Positions 1-16,466 of a stretch of DNA of 64,000 bases are shown here, one piece after another. This stretch comes from Paramecium tetraurelia (Eukaryota). How positions within the stretch are numbered: the stretch's first letter is position 1; each line of letters opens with the position of its first letter. Below the pieces are notes generated by a model. That model was not told the DNA's origin. It saw nothing but the letters and a program-made list of their open reading frames with translations, and did not search any database. Made by a program: the position numbers and the translations under genes. The stretch is from contig CT868529.1 of the NCBI GenBank assembly GCA_000165425.1, forward strand, positions 186,001 through 250,000, in the 5' to 3' direction.

Positions 1-100
1 ATGGCGGAACTCATAATTTCCCTCATTATTAATGGTTTCCCAGATAAAGCTTTTCATTAATATAAAAAATTTAAGTACATTCATGGCTTCTTGTTATTGA
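1..100 (+). CDS. Possible 3' end of a gene entering from the left (unknown product)
   Basis: Frame 2 is open in code 6 (WRNSQFPSLLMVSQIKLF...MASCY) to a TGA at 98-100, 32 nt before the convergent kinase stop. No motif recognised. Confidence 0.3.
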
Positions 101-132
101 TATAAATTTAACTATTATAAAATAATATAAGT

Positions 133-2089
<1,957 letters not shown>

Positions 2090-2511
2090 TAACGATATTT
2101 ATATTAATTTTATTTGAATTTATTAAGACTCTTTAAAAATTTCTCTCCAAAAACCTTATTTCCTATTCATCTTCAAAAAATGCGGAACTCTCCTTATTTT
2201 AACCTCTGAACTTTATCACTACACTCTATTGAACGAACTCAAATTATTCTATTAATATTCTGTATATTTTTTAATTATTTTACCCACCTATGTATAATAC
2301 TTTATCATAGGACAATATTTTATTCTTTTAGCAGAATCAATTATTTCTGTAACAATTATACATCTTTTATAAATCCATATAAAATTCCTTTTCAGATAGT
2401 GATTTAGGAATTTTAAAAGAACTCTTAGTTGTTATCCCTTTTGAAAGGACAAGGTCTAATTATTTACTACATCTTATATAATAATCTATTAAATATTGTT
2501 TTTAATAAAAT

Positions 2512-5500
2512 ATGCAGAAAATTAAAAATTATATAAGCAGACTCCTAAACGACGATCATGTGTGCTTTGATTAATCATACTAATTTATACTATTTATTCG
2601 GATGTTTTAATTTCTGTAATACCTAGCAATTACGTTATAAGAAATTAATAATAATGAAAAATAGGTTGATGGGCATTTTTCAATTTTCTTTCAAATTCTA
2701 AAGTTATCCATATTGGATATTAATTTTCTTCCTGATTATATTGGATTTATTACTACTTTTGTAAACATTGGTGTGATGGTCCTATTCATATTATAATTGG
2801 CATATTTTAATAGATAATTAGTGCTTTTGACGAGAGGACTTATAACCTATTTGGCTTTATTACCTCAAATAATGTGCTTTTTATTTGTTTCATCTAGTTT
2901 TCGGTCTTTTATTTTGAAAGAAGAGACAAACCTAATCCTTTAGATTTGGGCTATATGTGATGTTAGTTTGATATTTAGCATATCTATAATTTCATGCATT
3001 TTATTTAGAAACATAAGTTTTAATCAATCAACTTACACAAGAGATCAAAGTTAATTGAAAATAGTTTCTTAGATTTTTTAATTTGTCACATAAATATTAT
3101 ATTTTTATGACGATAGAGAAGAAATTTTAATACTTAAATAACTTTCAGCTTTAATGTGGATAGGATTGGAATAGATTGATATATATTTATATATGCCTTA
3201 TAGTTTATATGATAGCAAATTAATTTTTACATTAAATTAAATAAAGTTTGGATGTAATTTGATTAATTTAATTTTGAATAATTTGTCTAATATTATAGAA
3301 ACAACCTTTTCATAATACATTTATTATTTTATATTTTCATCAATGTGTTTTTACTTAGGTGAAACATTTTATTAGAGATTATTTTATGCAAAGGGATTAG
3401 ATACTTTTACTAAATCAAGTGAAAAAGATTAGCATTTATAAATAAAAGTGCTGAGATAGTTTTAAATTTAAGCTCAATTCACACTTACTTAAACTGAGAA
3501 ATTATTGCAAATAGGAATGGTGAATTAACATATCATTCACTGTAATAAATAGTGTAGAGTAATTAATTTATTTATTTAAATCAGTCTCAAGATAGTTCTG
3601 ATGTAATCACATGCATTGTCAATTGTCAAGTGTCAAATAAAGAAGATGAAAATCTATTTTTATTTAAGATTCAATATTTGGCATTCCAAAACAAACAATA
3701 CTCTTAAAGTTTAGCCAGGATAAAACATTATTAAATTAAATATAAATAAGAATTATCTTGGTATTTCAATTTAGTTTAAATCGAAATATCCAATAAACTT
3801 AGCTAAGAAATAACTAAATAGCAATATTCCAAAATTTTGCCATAAAATTCATCATTTGTTAACTTCACCTCTGATGATTTAGTTCATTTAGATGTTTAAT
3901 CAGATATTCTCATACCAATTATTAGAAAAACTCTCTCAGCTAAATTAGATATTTGGAAGAAATAACTCAAAGGATTTTCATCTGTTAAATAACTATAGTA
4001 AGAATTAGTGAAGTTGGCTTAGGAATTGGAGTAATTACGAATTAAATTCAAATTAATTATAAATAGAGATGTATACGAAGTAAATATCTCATAAGTAAAT
4101 AATTTGTATCATTTGAGAATGTTGTCTTTATATTATTCAATTATCATGAACGATTAATTACATTCATTTTTATGCGAAAAACAGTACTATTTAATCTACA
4201 GCTATGAACAAACCTTACAATAGGATTAGTTAAATTCAATTGCATTAGTATTAGATAAGGTTTCTATTGTAACTGTGAGCTTAGTTTAGAGTTTAGGATC
4301 TATATTAAATACCAACAAATAGTAATTAGGACATATGTTTAATTACAAGAAAGTAGAAGAATTCTAAAATATTATTCATTTAAATTAATTAATGCCTGAT
4401 TTTATGGCTGAATCGCATAATTCAATGTTAGAGAAATTTTTAATCAAAGGTGATTCCCCTTTTATGCAATAGTTTCGTTTAATTTTTGGTAAAACAAAAG
4501 ACAATTTTATATTTCCTTTGTATTTGAAACTAGCTAACGACTTTAGTTATCAGGATGATTATGTCATAAAAGGCATTTTTTTTTCAGGGGTAAAAAAATA
4601 TGACTATCTATTATTTGACAGCAATGGAAAAATATTGGGTGTAACAAGATAAGTGTATTATGATCTGTTCACTAATAACAATAATAAACATCAACCATCA
4701 GAACTTACTGTGTTATAGAATTAATGCTTTCTTTATTATTTTATGCCTGATTTATTTGATATTGTGAAAAGATTTCAATAAAGACAGAAAGATGCATTTG
4801 ATAATATAAATTTTTCAGAAGATACAATCTTTATCTCTCACCATGAAATAAAAGAGTTTCATGATAAATTCTAATAGCAAATGAAATTCATTGTAAATGA
4901 CTTTGGAAATATCATGAATTTTAAGAAAAAGCAATCGTTGTAGAGTATAAAGATATTTTATTTTAAAAGTTCGTACTAGTACATTATAAGCTTCAAAGGA
5001 CATTAATCCCATATTAATTGAATTAAATTTATTGAATGAAACTTACGCTAAAGCAGTAAAGGAATACATAAATCAAACCGTATTATAAAATTGTATTCAT
5101 TAGGTTACATCATAAAAAACTTGTTTTGTGAGGTTTACATTATAATACTAAAAGTATTAAAATGATGGATACTATATAATGTAAATATCAGATTATAGAA
5201 AACACAATTTTGGAGAGATAGCCACTGAATTATTTGCTCTGTAAGATGCTGATTCTACAATGAAAAAATCCACTTTGAGACACTTGAAGGGTAACTGTTT
5301 ATTAGTATGCAATAGATTTAATAATTTCCAAACGGAGATATGGTGACATCTAAGCTTTTTCAACAATTAAAAAAAAACGTTAAATGTATTCTAGATAACT
5401 GGCTTCTGTCAATTAATCTGAAATGTTAATGACTCAATAATTATCATCAATTGCTTAAACACCAAAGGCTTGTTTTTTTAAACCTGAAATAGCGTTAAAT

Positions 5501-7647
5501 TCTGAAATGGAATCAGTTTAAGAAATTAGAAATTCTAGTTCAGAAGAATCCAAATTTTTAGATGAATTTTTATCAGATGATGAATCAAAGAAACAAGGAT
5601 ATAAAAGGGAGAAAAAGATTTAATCATTTAGTAAAACAAATAATTTTACTGAAAATGAACAAAATCCTAATTAATCGTAACATTCAAGTGCAATATCTAA
5701 AGCCTCCAATAATTAGTCTTACTTTTTTTAAATTGTATTTAAATAAAAGGGATAATTACCAAAAAATATTATTATCTTATGGATTATTGTTTATTGTATA
5801 AATTTAATAAGTGTGGGAGGATTTAGTTTTACAAACTATCATATTATTTCTAATTACTATTAAGAATAATTATAATCTGAATAATTTATGGGACCTCTTA
5901 AATTTAATAGATACTTTTGTAAGACTTTGTCCATTAGTTGGAATTTCATTTTAACAAAATACAATATATTGAATAATAGTTAGTATTCAAATGAATAAAA
6001 TTTATATTAGTTTAGTTTGCTTGATTAATTCGTTTTCTCTAATCTATCGTAATTATATCCAATATTTCTCAAAATGGAATAGGATGGAACATTATCAAAT
6101 ATGACTTTAACATATAATATGAAAAGCTCAGAGAATGTTGAATTCACAAGATTATTAAACTTTTTAGAAGAGGCCATTCATTATTTAGTTTAAATCAGTT
6201 ATTTTGACAAGGAGAGCTTTCTAAATTTCGTTAACAAAGATTACATAGATAAGGCATTAATCATTCAATACAACTTACCAGAAGTAATTGACATCAATAA
6301 CCATCTAATGAATTAACTAAATAACAGTTCCCTTGACAATTAGGAACTTGAAAGTTCGATTTTTGTAGTTGAACACTTGATTCACACAGTAATTATCTTC
6401 TTTGTTATGCTGATACAATTGTTTTAATGGAATAATATAGAATAATAAAATAGAAATTTAGCGTTGTTGGTTGGTAGGATCAAGGATAATGAAGTGGAAA
6501 ATGAAATTTGTAAGAATAATATCTATTATTAAAAGAGAGAGCTTATACTATTTATATTGCATTGAATATTCAAGCTGGTGAAGATTCCTGGAAGCGTTAT
6601 AATTATTATAACTATGGATTTCAATAAGATGCATCTGTTTATTAGCCAAGGCAAAAATTAAGTATTAGTTAGAAATTGCAATTTGGTTAACAAATCTAAA
6701 AAAGCGTAAGGAATTTTAATACTAAAATAAATTTGTTTTCACATTTAATAAAAATATTAGTATTTGTATTGATTTATTAAGCATATCTATGGGGAGGTTA
6801 CTCATTATCTAAAAGCCAAAAAGATAGGCTATAACCATTAAATAATTTATTAGTGGAGTTTGCATTGTTCAGTACTAAAATAGACAATTTAGCAAGCACT
6901 GCCTTAATAATAAAGACTTAATTTTTAATATAAGAGAAATTAAAATAAGAAGGATTGTTCTTGGAAAAAGATCTGAATGATAGAGAGGAGATAATAAAAT
7001 TATTCAACAATATCTATACTGAGATAAATGAATCTTTTGCTTAACTATATGAACAATTAATTAAAGATTTGTAATTAGATTATTCAACCGAGGAAGCTTA
7101 AGGTTTATTACATTAGGATATTTGTTTATTTATGAGTTCACTATTACCATTTTGTGAATTGAAATTGAAATAAAACTAGTAAGAATTTATCAAGTAGTAT
7201 GGTTAGTATTATGCATAAGATGATAATTCTGATTATTTATCATAAGGCATTCTTTCTCTGGTAACACAAATGCAATAATTTTACAAATAAAATTTTGTTT
7301 TTGAAGATGAAGAATAAAGTTAAGATGAACTTTTGAGCTTTTTGAATAGTTAGGAATTTAATGTTATTATATTAAGCCATTTCAGAGATACTTATTAATG
7401 TTTTGCTATTTACTTAGAATTATTAGAAGATAATATATTTTTGATAAGAAGTTAAAATTTATCAAGTTTGCTAATCTATTATGACCTAATTATAATCATG
7501 TATTTGGTTATTTTTTAGATTTATTATTCATATTGGATAAGGTAAAATGTGAAAGTGATGAGGAACATCAAATTGGCTTTAATTGCAATGCCACATTTTC
7601 AATTGACAAGTGACCCAGTTATTAATATTTTGAAAAGATATTAATGA
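2512..7647 (+). CDS. Large multipass membrane protein with central PAS domain (ciliate PAS/TmcB-like family)
   Basis: N-terminal run of hydrophobic helices. PAS-like segment LNQLMPDFMAESHNSMLEKFLIKG...IFGKTKDNFIFPLYLKL at about 4380-4530. Further TM segments after 5760. Ends KLALIAMPHFQLTSDPVINILKRYQ-TGA. Several introns of about 25 nt keep the frame. Confidence 0.75.
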
Positions 7648-7744
7648 TTTTATTTGATTTTTGATATAGACATGATCAATAAATTATTTACAAAATTTTT
7701 AGTTTTGAAAAGCTCATTAATCGTTAATAATTTTATATATAATA

Positions 7745-10700
7745 ATGCAGTGTCGCAAGGTTGAACCGAATGTGATAATGAATTCGGCGAGATTAGTTCA
7801 ACGCCCTAATGAGACCAATAAACTGGAGGAGGAGATAGTTCATGTAATAAAGAGTCCAGAAAAAAAGAGTCCTCATAATGGTAAATCACTCAAACGTACT
7901 TCTTCTGGTCCAATCATAAATTTACAACAATAGATAATAATACATCAAAATGCTCCTACAAAAGACTCATAGGTTTTATTGAAATTCAAGAATCAAATGA
8001 AGAAAAAGAAAAAGAAGAAGAAGCTTTAAAAGAAAAAGAAAATATAAACGATAGATAATAAGGGATCAGAAATTAGAGTAGAATAGCTACTTAAATAAAA
8101 CTTAAGGAGACACTAAAGTATTCTTATCTGATTTATCAATAGGGGAAAAACAAGAATTAATGATATAAGAAGAGATACAAAAGTAAAGGGTAGTTAGTTT
8201 TAATGAAATGAGAAAAATTATGGATTAATAAATAAGATAAATAAATTAGCAAAGATTTGCTAGAGTAAATTTTACATTCTATTTTTATAAAGTCAAAATC
8301 TCCACCATCATCCATGTTACCATGGGGAGTTGATTAAAATAAACTTAAACAATATTGGACAAAAATGTTGGAAATCCATGATAAATTAGAGAAGCCCTAA
8401 CAAGTTAATCAAACAGCCACAGAACATGCTATCAAAGAAAAAATTAGAAGGCATAAATTGGGATTAGATTTTCTGAATGCAAAACCAGAAAGAGATATTT
8501 AAAAGATGATATAAAGTAAAATTCAATTGAAAATTTTAGAATAAAAATCTAAATAGGTCTTAGAAACTATTTCATCTCCTCAAAAACATAAAAGTAGTTG
8601 TGATAATAAAGATGCCGAATAAGATGTTAAATTGTATATGATGTATAAGAGAGAATTATGGAGACAACAAAAAATTGAAGAGTATCTAATTTATTATTTA
8701 TGTAGGAAATAATTATAAAAATTAAAAAAGGAGAAGTTGCAATAAAATCTGTAAATTCTGGATTAAGAAGCCAAACTATTTGCTAAATCCAGAAATGCTT
8801 CAGTTAAGTCAAATTTAACAGCCTAAGCAGCCTCTTATCACGCATAATAGTCATCTCAGCATTTTAGAACTTCTGAACCTCCTAATTTTAACAAATTAGA
8901 AAAAGAGTATAAGGAACTCATGAGATCTCTCAGATAATCAAGCTATAGCAGTACTTAATCTCATTCAAGAAAAACAAGTTAATTGAAATTTCTAGATTGG
9001 TTATAACATTTACCTGAATCTTATCTCTAAGAGCAGCTCTCTCAAATGTAAGCGATAAATGAACAAATGAATAATAAAGGATTTCAATATAAATTAAGCG
9101 AATAAGAAATGTATCAATTTTTAGAACAATTCCTAAAAGAAAAGTTTGAATAACAAACTAAATCTACTATTAAAGACCGATTTAATGAATTATAAGAAAG
9201 ATTTTAATAGGTTTCTTAATAACAACTGTCAAATAGCTAACAATTATCTCAACTATAAAATATAACTCACCAGAGTCATTAGAGTAACAAAAGTCAAAAT
9301 TAAAAAGTATCTACTTCCCCTAAAGAATACACCATAAATGAAATGAACGAAGAGGAATTAGAAGAAATTTAAAACGTGGCTGCAACTATTATATAAAAGG
9401 TTTGGAGAGGTTTTAAAACTAGGAAAGTAGTTTTTTAATATCTTCAATATTTAATATAAGAGGAAGAATTCGAAGAAAATACTGAAGGGCCAACGTTGTC
9501 ATAGAAATTTGAAGGATTATCTTAAGAGGAAGAAGTAAAGTCTTTAAATTAAATAACTGATTCAGAAAGAAGACTAAATCCTCTTGATTTACATTACAAA
9601 AGTTCTTCATTTCCTAAATTTTAAGGTCAAGCACCACCTCCTTCAGAGTCTTTATAATAATCTTCGCAATAGCATTCAAGCCCTAGAGGAAATACAAGTA
9701 TACCTCCTTTAAATTTGGATTCATTCTCCTAATAGTAATCATCTCCTTAAAAGTCAGTTTAATAATAATAGCAATCAACATCACAATAACAACTGCAATA
9801 GTAATAATAGTAATAATAGTAGTAATAGTAATAATAGTAATAATAGTAATAGTAGTAAAAGTAATAATTGTAATAATTGTAATAATAGTAATAATAATAG
9901 TAATAGTAGTAAAAGTAATAATTGTAATAATAGTAATAATAGTAATAATAGTAATAATAATAATAGTAATAATAATAATAATTACAACAACAATAATTAT
10001 AGTAACACTAATAGGAATAGTAATAATAATAATAAAAACAAGATTAATAGTTATTATCAGAATCATAAATTTAAGAACAAGAAATGAATTAGAATTCAAC
10101 ACCATAAAAAAGTATACATTTATATCATGGAGTGAATTCTGATCCTGAATACTTTATGTAAGTTATAAAATTAAGGGAAGAAGCGCTTTAATAGAAGTAT
10201 GACTAATAACTAGCATTGTTAGAAAAAATGCTTGACAAAAAAAAAGTTTCAAACGATTTATTTTCTGAAAATAAAGAAAAATTGGATAAAAGATACAGAA
10301 GGGAGAGAGATAAATTATAATAATCAAAAATAGAAGTAGAAAGATTACATCAAATGTTTAAAGATACAATAAAATCAACACAAAAAGATCAATAATTTAT
10401 GGAAAGAATGAAAATCTAAACTGATGAAGAGAATTTATCTATTAGGTAAATATTTTCGATTCGTTCAGAAACAGAATAGTCAGATGGAGAAATAGAAAAA
10501 AGATCTATTCCACATTATGGATTATTATAATAAATAAGTATAAATTAATTAATAATTTAGAGAATGATTAATTTAAGAAATACTCCAAAAATAGAAAATA
10601 AGTGAGAAGTTTTGATTAGCAAGTAAGTTTAGATGAAATTTCGATGAAAAATGAAGAAATTCAAACAAGCACAATATTTAATGTTCACACAGAATCAATA

Positions 10701-11856
10701 AATCATTCATTACATAAATCCTAATAACTGCCATCCACACTTTAATAATCTGTACCCTCTTAAGAATTGGTATAAATTGAAACTGTTGAGAGTCCTGAGA
10801 ATAAAGTTATTGAAAAAAAAGATGATTTTAAGAATTCAATAATTCCTTTTGATGATAGAAAAATTGATAATCTAACTGAAAATATAGTTTAAAACATCAT
10901 TTCAGAATTTGCTGAAGAGTTGAATAATTTTCCCTTATAATCTCTTGGTGTATTAATGGAATGGGATGAAGAATCTCAATTAGACTAACAATTTCCTCCT
11001 GGATTTCCAACTACACTTAATTTTATAAAGGATTATCTTGTTTCATTTAGTGAATTTATTTAAAGTAAAAATTATTTCCATTTTTAGAACATTACCTTGC
11101 TATTTTCATTCAGTTAGTAAATACTCCATTGGGAATCACACCCTAAGATCTATTGAAGACAATCTCCCTTAGTGATATGTAATAAAATGCCCTAGATGAC
11201 TCAACATCAGGACCTTTGTATCCATTGATTAAGCACATTCATCAAATGGAACCCTTAATTGATGAAGAGATTTGGAATAAATTTAATTAATCTTATGCTC
11301 TCAAATTAAAATACTTTAACGATATAAATATAAGTGATTAATTCAAGGAACTTGAAATTTACCATTTAAGAATGATCTATGAAGCTTTTAATGAGGCTAT
11401 AAATTATGTAAGACCATTCGGAATCAGAGGGTAACCTTATCCATGGAAATCGAATCCTTTAAAAGTCTATTAAAACTAAACGACTTAAGAATCAATTGAT
11501 AGAGCCATGGGATTTGCAATTGCCAAAATGTTGAAATGGGGTTCTTTTTTATGCGGATTCATTCCTGAAAAAATTGAGACACCTTAAGGTGAAATTATTG
11601 TGATAGAGGATGACTACTTGAATTAAATCAAAGAAGATAGATTATAGCAAATGTTAGAATATGAGGTAATATAGATTTTGATAAAATTTAGATTCAAGAA
11701 TCCGAAGAAAAATGGTTAAATTATGATGAAGAGTAAGCCGAAGTGGCAGTTGAATTAGCGGATGTTGTTTTTGAAACTATGTTGGATGAAGCGGCTGAAG
11801 AGATATTCAAGATTTCTTAAGGAGGAAAGTACTAAATAAAAGATTTTCAATAATGA
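7745..11856 (+). CDS. Large coiled-coil protein with IQ motif, poly-Q tract and CEP350/DUF4378-like C-terminus
   Basis: IQ motif AATIIQKVWRGFKTRK at about 9378-9426. C-terminal RMIYEAFNEAINYVRPFG...YPWK and EEKWLNYDEEQAEVAVELADVVFETMLDE resemble the DUF4378 end of CEP350-type centrosomal proteins (recalled, not searched). Confidence 0.7.
9784..10041 (+). repeat. TAA/TAG trinucleotide-rich repeat encoding an in-frame poly-glutamine tract
   Basis: In the host gene's frame the codons are almost all TAA/TAG/CAA with rare AAG/TTG interruptions. The block TAGTAGTAAAAGTAATAATTG recurs at about 9850 and 9904. Confidence 0.9.
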
Positions 11857-12023
11857 TATTTAATAAAGAAGGCTTTATTATATAATTTAATTTCTTTTAA
11901 TTCACTTGAATATAATATTATACAAATGTTATGAATTCAAAATTACAAAATTTACAATATTTATAACAAATAATTTTAACATAATTTTAATAATTAAATC
12001 AAATTTAAAATTGAAAATAATTT

Positions 12024-12422
12024 ATGTCACAAGAAGACAATCAAAGTGTGAATATGAATAAGATAATATCAATCATAAATAAAGCAATAAAAAGTATAAT
12101 AATGATTTCTATTATAGAATGTCCTTAATATGAACAGTCATAAAATTATCTACTTGAATCAAGAAAAATTGTGTTGTTTAATGAAGGATTAAGAGAGCAA
12201 ATCTTTAAGTGTTAAGATGAAATAAGATTAATTTAGAAGGAATTGACTTAACCTTCTAAAAAGTTAAGAAGAAAAGCTAATGAAATTTCAAAAAAGTATA
12301 AATGTTCAAATTGTGACAAAAAATATGGATCAGAAGCATCACTTAATTTACATTGTAAAATAAAGCATGCCTTTTCAGAAACAGATTCAAAAACCTAAAT
12401 TGATCACAGTTTTCAAATTTGA
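12024..12422 (+). CDS. Small C2H2 zinc-finger protein
   Basis: KKLRRKANEISKKYKCSNCDKKYGSEASLNLHCKIKH (C-x2-C-x12-H-x4-H). One tiny intron. TGA at 12420-12422. Confidence 0.85.
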
Positions 12423-13279
12423 TTTTCCTTTTTAATTCGCTGTTTTTTTTTAATAATTAAAATTTATAACAATTATTTTTAATAATTTCAAATATTCTAA
12501 AATTATGGGTTTTCATTCAATGGATTATTAAAATCATTATCTATTAAGCATAATATTTAATTTTATATTTCAAATTTAGCGGTCCTAATTTAAATGAAAT
12601 TAATTTGAATTCTAAATTATTGATTTATATGCTAAATCCGATTCTTAGGTAGATTAATGTTCACATTTAAGTTATGCTGATTACGGATGGACAAATAAAT
12701 ACGATAAAGAAGACTTTAAAATATCATAAAAAACTATATCAACTAATTTGCTAATTTATTTTGGCTAAAATCAAAGTTTACTAAGATGCCATTTTATCAA
12801 AAGTTAGAATAGTAGATGATCAGGTAGTTTTGTTGATTCTGTTACTAATTAGATTCAAATTTTTAATTTCCATGTTCTTTAATTCTATCACATTATAGGA
12901 CATTCATCTAATTTAAATGGACTCTCTAGGATGAGATTGAGGAACAGTTAAAAACCATTAATTTTTATATAATTATTTAATAATCAGATGTCTTTCGTAT
13001 TTATTTCAATATTTACTTTAAATTACTAAGTGAAATATTTTTTTAGCAATCTTTAGTAAGTTAATTTATCAATATTTAGTAAATGATGTAATTTATTAAA
13101 TTGCATTTTTTTATGAATATAAAGATTGTGAAATACAATTTATTGTTTGTTATATAAGATTTTAGATTTTTAATTATATATTTTCTATTCATGAATTCTC
13201 ACAAGTATTAAGTAATTAAAAAAATAGGAATAATTATTCTGGTTTATTTTAATTTAATTTGTATAAATAATTAAAACAT

Positions 13280-16252
13280 ATGTCTCATTTAAAGAGGAAT
13301 AAGTAATTATAAAATGTATTTAAGAATTGTCCAATAAGAAAGCAATTTAGATTAATCGCAAAAATAATAATTTTAAGTTGAGGGATTAAATTATCAAGCA
13401 TTTCATTAATACATTGAAAACAAATTCACAGACAGCAAATAGTTTAAATTCTTAAATGCTAATGCATTGAATTAAAATATTTATGAATTTTAGATTTCAT
13501 ACTAAAGTTAGAAATGGAGGTGTAAATATATTAATTATATAGAATAAGAAAAACTAGTCTCATGTTTAATTTGGTAGATAATATGGTTGTTTAGGATAAC
13601 TTCCTATATTTGATAAACTATTTGAAAGAAATCTTGGAGCATTCTGAATTTAATTAGAAACTAAAACTTTTTTTGTAGTTTTCAGATGTTCAAGTCAATA
13701 AAAAGTACTTAAGTTGTTATGTCGATAAAAGATCTGGAGGAAGACACAAAGTATAATATACCTTTTAAAAAGAGAGCTAATTGTAGGGAAAGATTAACTT
13801 GTTGTCATTAATAGTTTCAAAGAAGATTCTTAACATTGACTTCCGAAGGCATATGTTTAAGTTATGAATAATTCGGTGAACAATCCAGAATTCGAGACAT
13901 GATATTGTTTGATCATAGTTTTCAAATTCATTATGGAAAGAAATCGACAGGTTAGAAATATGGAATAGTATTCAAGAATAACACAAGAAATCTCCTGGTG
14001 AGATGTCATAGTGAATTTGAATTTGTTGACTTAGTAGTTTAAACTTAAATAGTGTTTAATTAAAGTCAGTCTGTCAAAAAGAATCCCTTCGATTCCTTTT
14101 CGCCTATAAGAAATAGAAACTTTGCCAAATATTTTATAGATGGACAGAATTACTTTGATTAACTTAGATAGGACATTGAAGCAGCAAAGGAAGAAATCTT
14201 TATAACTGATTGGTGGTTGTCTCCTGAGTTATATTTAAAAAGACCATCACATGAAAACGAAAATTTTAGATTAGATAAACTATTATAATAAAAGGCAATA
14301 GAAGGTGTAAGAATCTATTCAATAGTATATAATGAGCCTAAATTAGCTTTGACAATAAATTCACAATATACATAAACAAAACTCAATAATCTACATTAAA
14401 ATATTTCAGTTGTTCGACATCCTAACAGTGTAATTCCAATGTTATGGTCTCATCATGAAAAAATTGTAGTTATAGATCAATAGATTGCCTATTTAGGTGG
14501 ATTAGATCTCTGTTATGGTAGATATGATACTCAGTCTCACCCTTTATTTGAAGAATATCAAGGGTAATTCCCAGGATGTGATTATTCAAATAGTCGAATT
14601 GCTGATTTTAGAGATGTCACTAACTTTAAGTAATCCGACATTGATAGAGAGGAGACTCCAAGAATGCCCTGGCATGATGTTTAGATTAAAATAATCGGAG
14701 GATCTGTCAGAGATGTAGCTAAACATTTTGTCTAATATTGGAATTTCGTATTAATTGATTTAACCAAAAAGGATGAATATTCTGTCCTCTAATTATAGGA
14801 TAATTTGGAATCATTAAATCGATGGGATAGATATAAACTTAAATTGTCACAGATATCATCAAGGTTAGAACACTTTTTAATGACTAAATTGCATATATCT
14901 AATGAAAACAACTAATACTAATAATAATAAACACCTGAATCGAGTTTAGCATCTCCAAATATCAATAATTAGAATGTTTAAATTTAATTAGTTCAATCTT
15001 AAATACAAATTTAATCAAATTAAAATGAAGAAAAATAAAACTATATCTAAGAAGAGAAATTAAGAACTAAAAGTGCCTCATTTTATCTGGTCAAGGAAGG
15101 CTTCTAAATTGAGGAAGACATTTTGAATGCTATGAATAAATAATCTCAAATTGAAGATTCTAACTATTTATTTTAAGCCAAGAAAAGAACTCCATCTTTC
15201 TAACAAGCAGATAAACCATAAATTAACAATGAGAAAATTAAATTAGATGTGAGAAAGACCTCCAAATCTGGATCGTGTTCTATCTAAATTTTAAGATCTG
15301 CTAATAAATGGTCATTAGGTTTATCAAAAAACCATACAGAAAATTCGATTTAAAAAGCTATGATACATCTAATTTAACATTCGTCTTACTACATTTATAT
15401 TGAAAATCAATTCTTTATGACTTCATTAGCTGGGGAACCATTGCTTAATCCCATTGGTCTGGCCATTGTACAAAGAATCAAATAGGCCTATTATAATTAA
15501 CAGCAATTTCACATGACAATTGTACTACCCCTATTACCTGGTTTCGAAGGAGAGATAGATGATACTAAAGCAAATTTAATGAAATTATAACTTCATTATG
15601 AATATTATAGTTTATGCAGAGGAGGATAATCTCTAATTGAATAATTAAAAGATATCCCAAACATTAATTCCTACTTGACTATTGCTGGATTAAGAAATCA
15701 TGGTGTAAATTCCAAGGGTCAACCAAAAACAGAAATAGTTTACGTCCATACAAAATTAATGATTGTTGATGATTCAATTGTGTTATGTGGTTCAGCAAAT
15801 ATTAATGATCGAAGTTTAAAAGGGTCAAGAGATTCAGAAATTGCTATTCTAATTGAAGATTCTACAAAAGTAGGAGATGGGAGAAGATTTGCATATGATT
15901 TGAGGAGAGACTTGTATAAAGAACATTTTCAGATTACTGATTATCGCAAACCCAATGATCCTGAATTAGTTAAGTAAATACAAGTTTAGATGAAAGTATT
16001 ATTTACTGTTATTATTAGAATAATACACTGTTGTATAGAAAAATCTTTGCATGTTATCCAGATGATTCTGTCCTAACATTCCGACAACTAAAATAATTTA
16101 AATCTAGTGCTAATTTATAGAGCTATTTTGCTTTGTAACATGAAATTGTAGGGTTTGGAGTAGAATGGCCTCTTGAATTCTTAAAAGAAGAATCTTTAAA
16201 ACTTCCTGTATTCGCTAAGGAAGTTCTGGTTCCAGATATTAATTTCACATGA
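13280..16252 (+). CDS. PLD: Phospholipase D (PX/PH-type, PLD1/2-like)
   Basis: [20 protein letters not shown]1 [48 protein letters not shown]2 [36 protein letters not shown] at 16250-16252. Confidence 0.95.
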
Positions 16253-16466
16253 TTTTCTGTTCTACTTTTATGTTAATGATTTTAATTAGAAATTTTGATA
16301 TAAATATCTATTATTATTATAGGTGAATAATACAAATATATGTCAAATTTAGAAATTAATTGTCTTTTGTGCATACAAATTACAATAGGAAGTTTTACAC
16401 AGAGGTAAATAGTATTTTAATAAAATTATGGTTTTATTTATTCAAAAAATAAATAAATTTATAATT

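Noticed and set aside
9683..10105. 140-aa Ile/Thr-rich minus-strand ORF in the ORF track
   Set aside because: Antisense shadow of the TAA/TAG poly-Q tract in the plus-strand gene.
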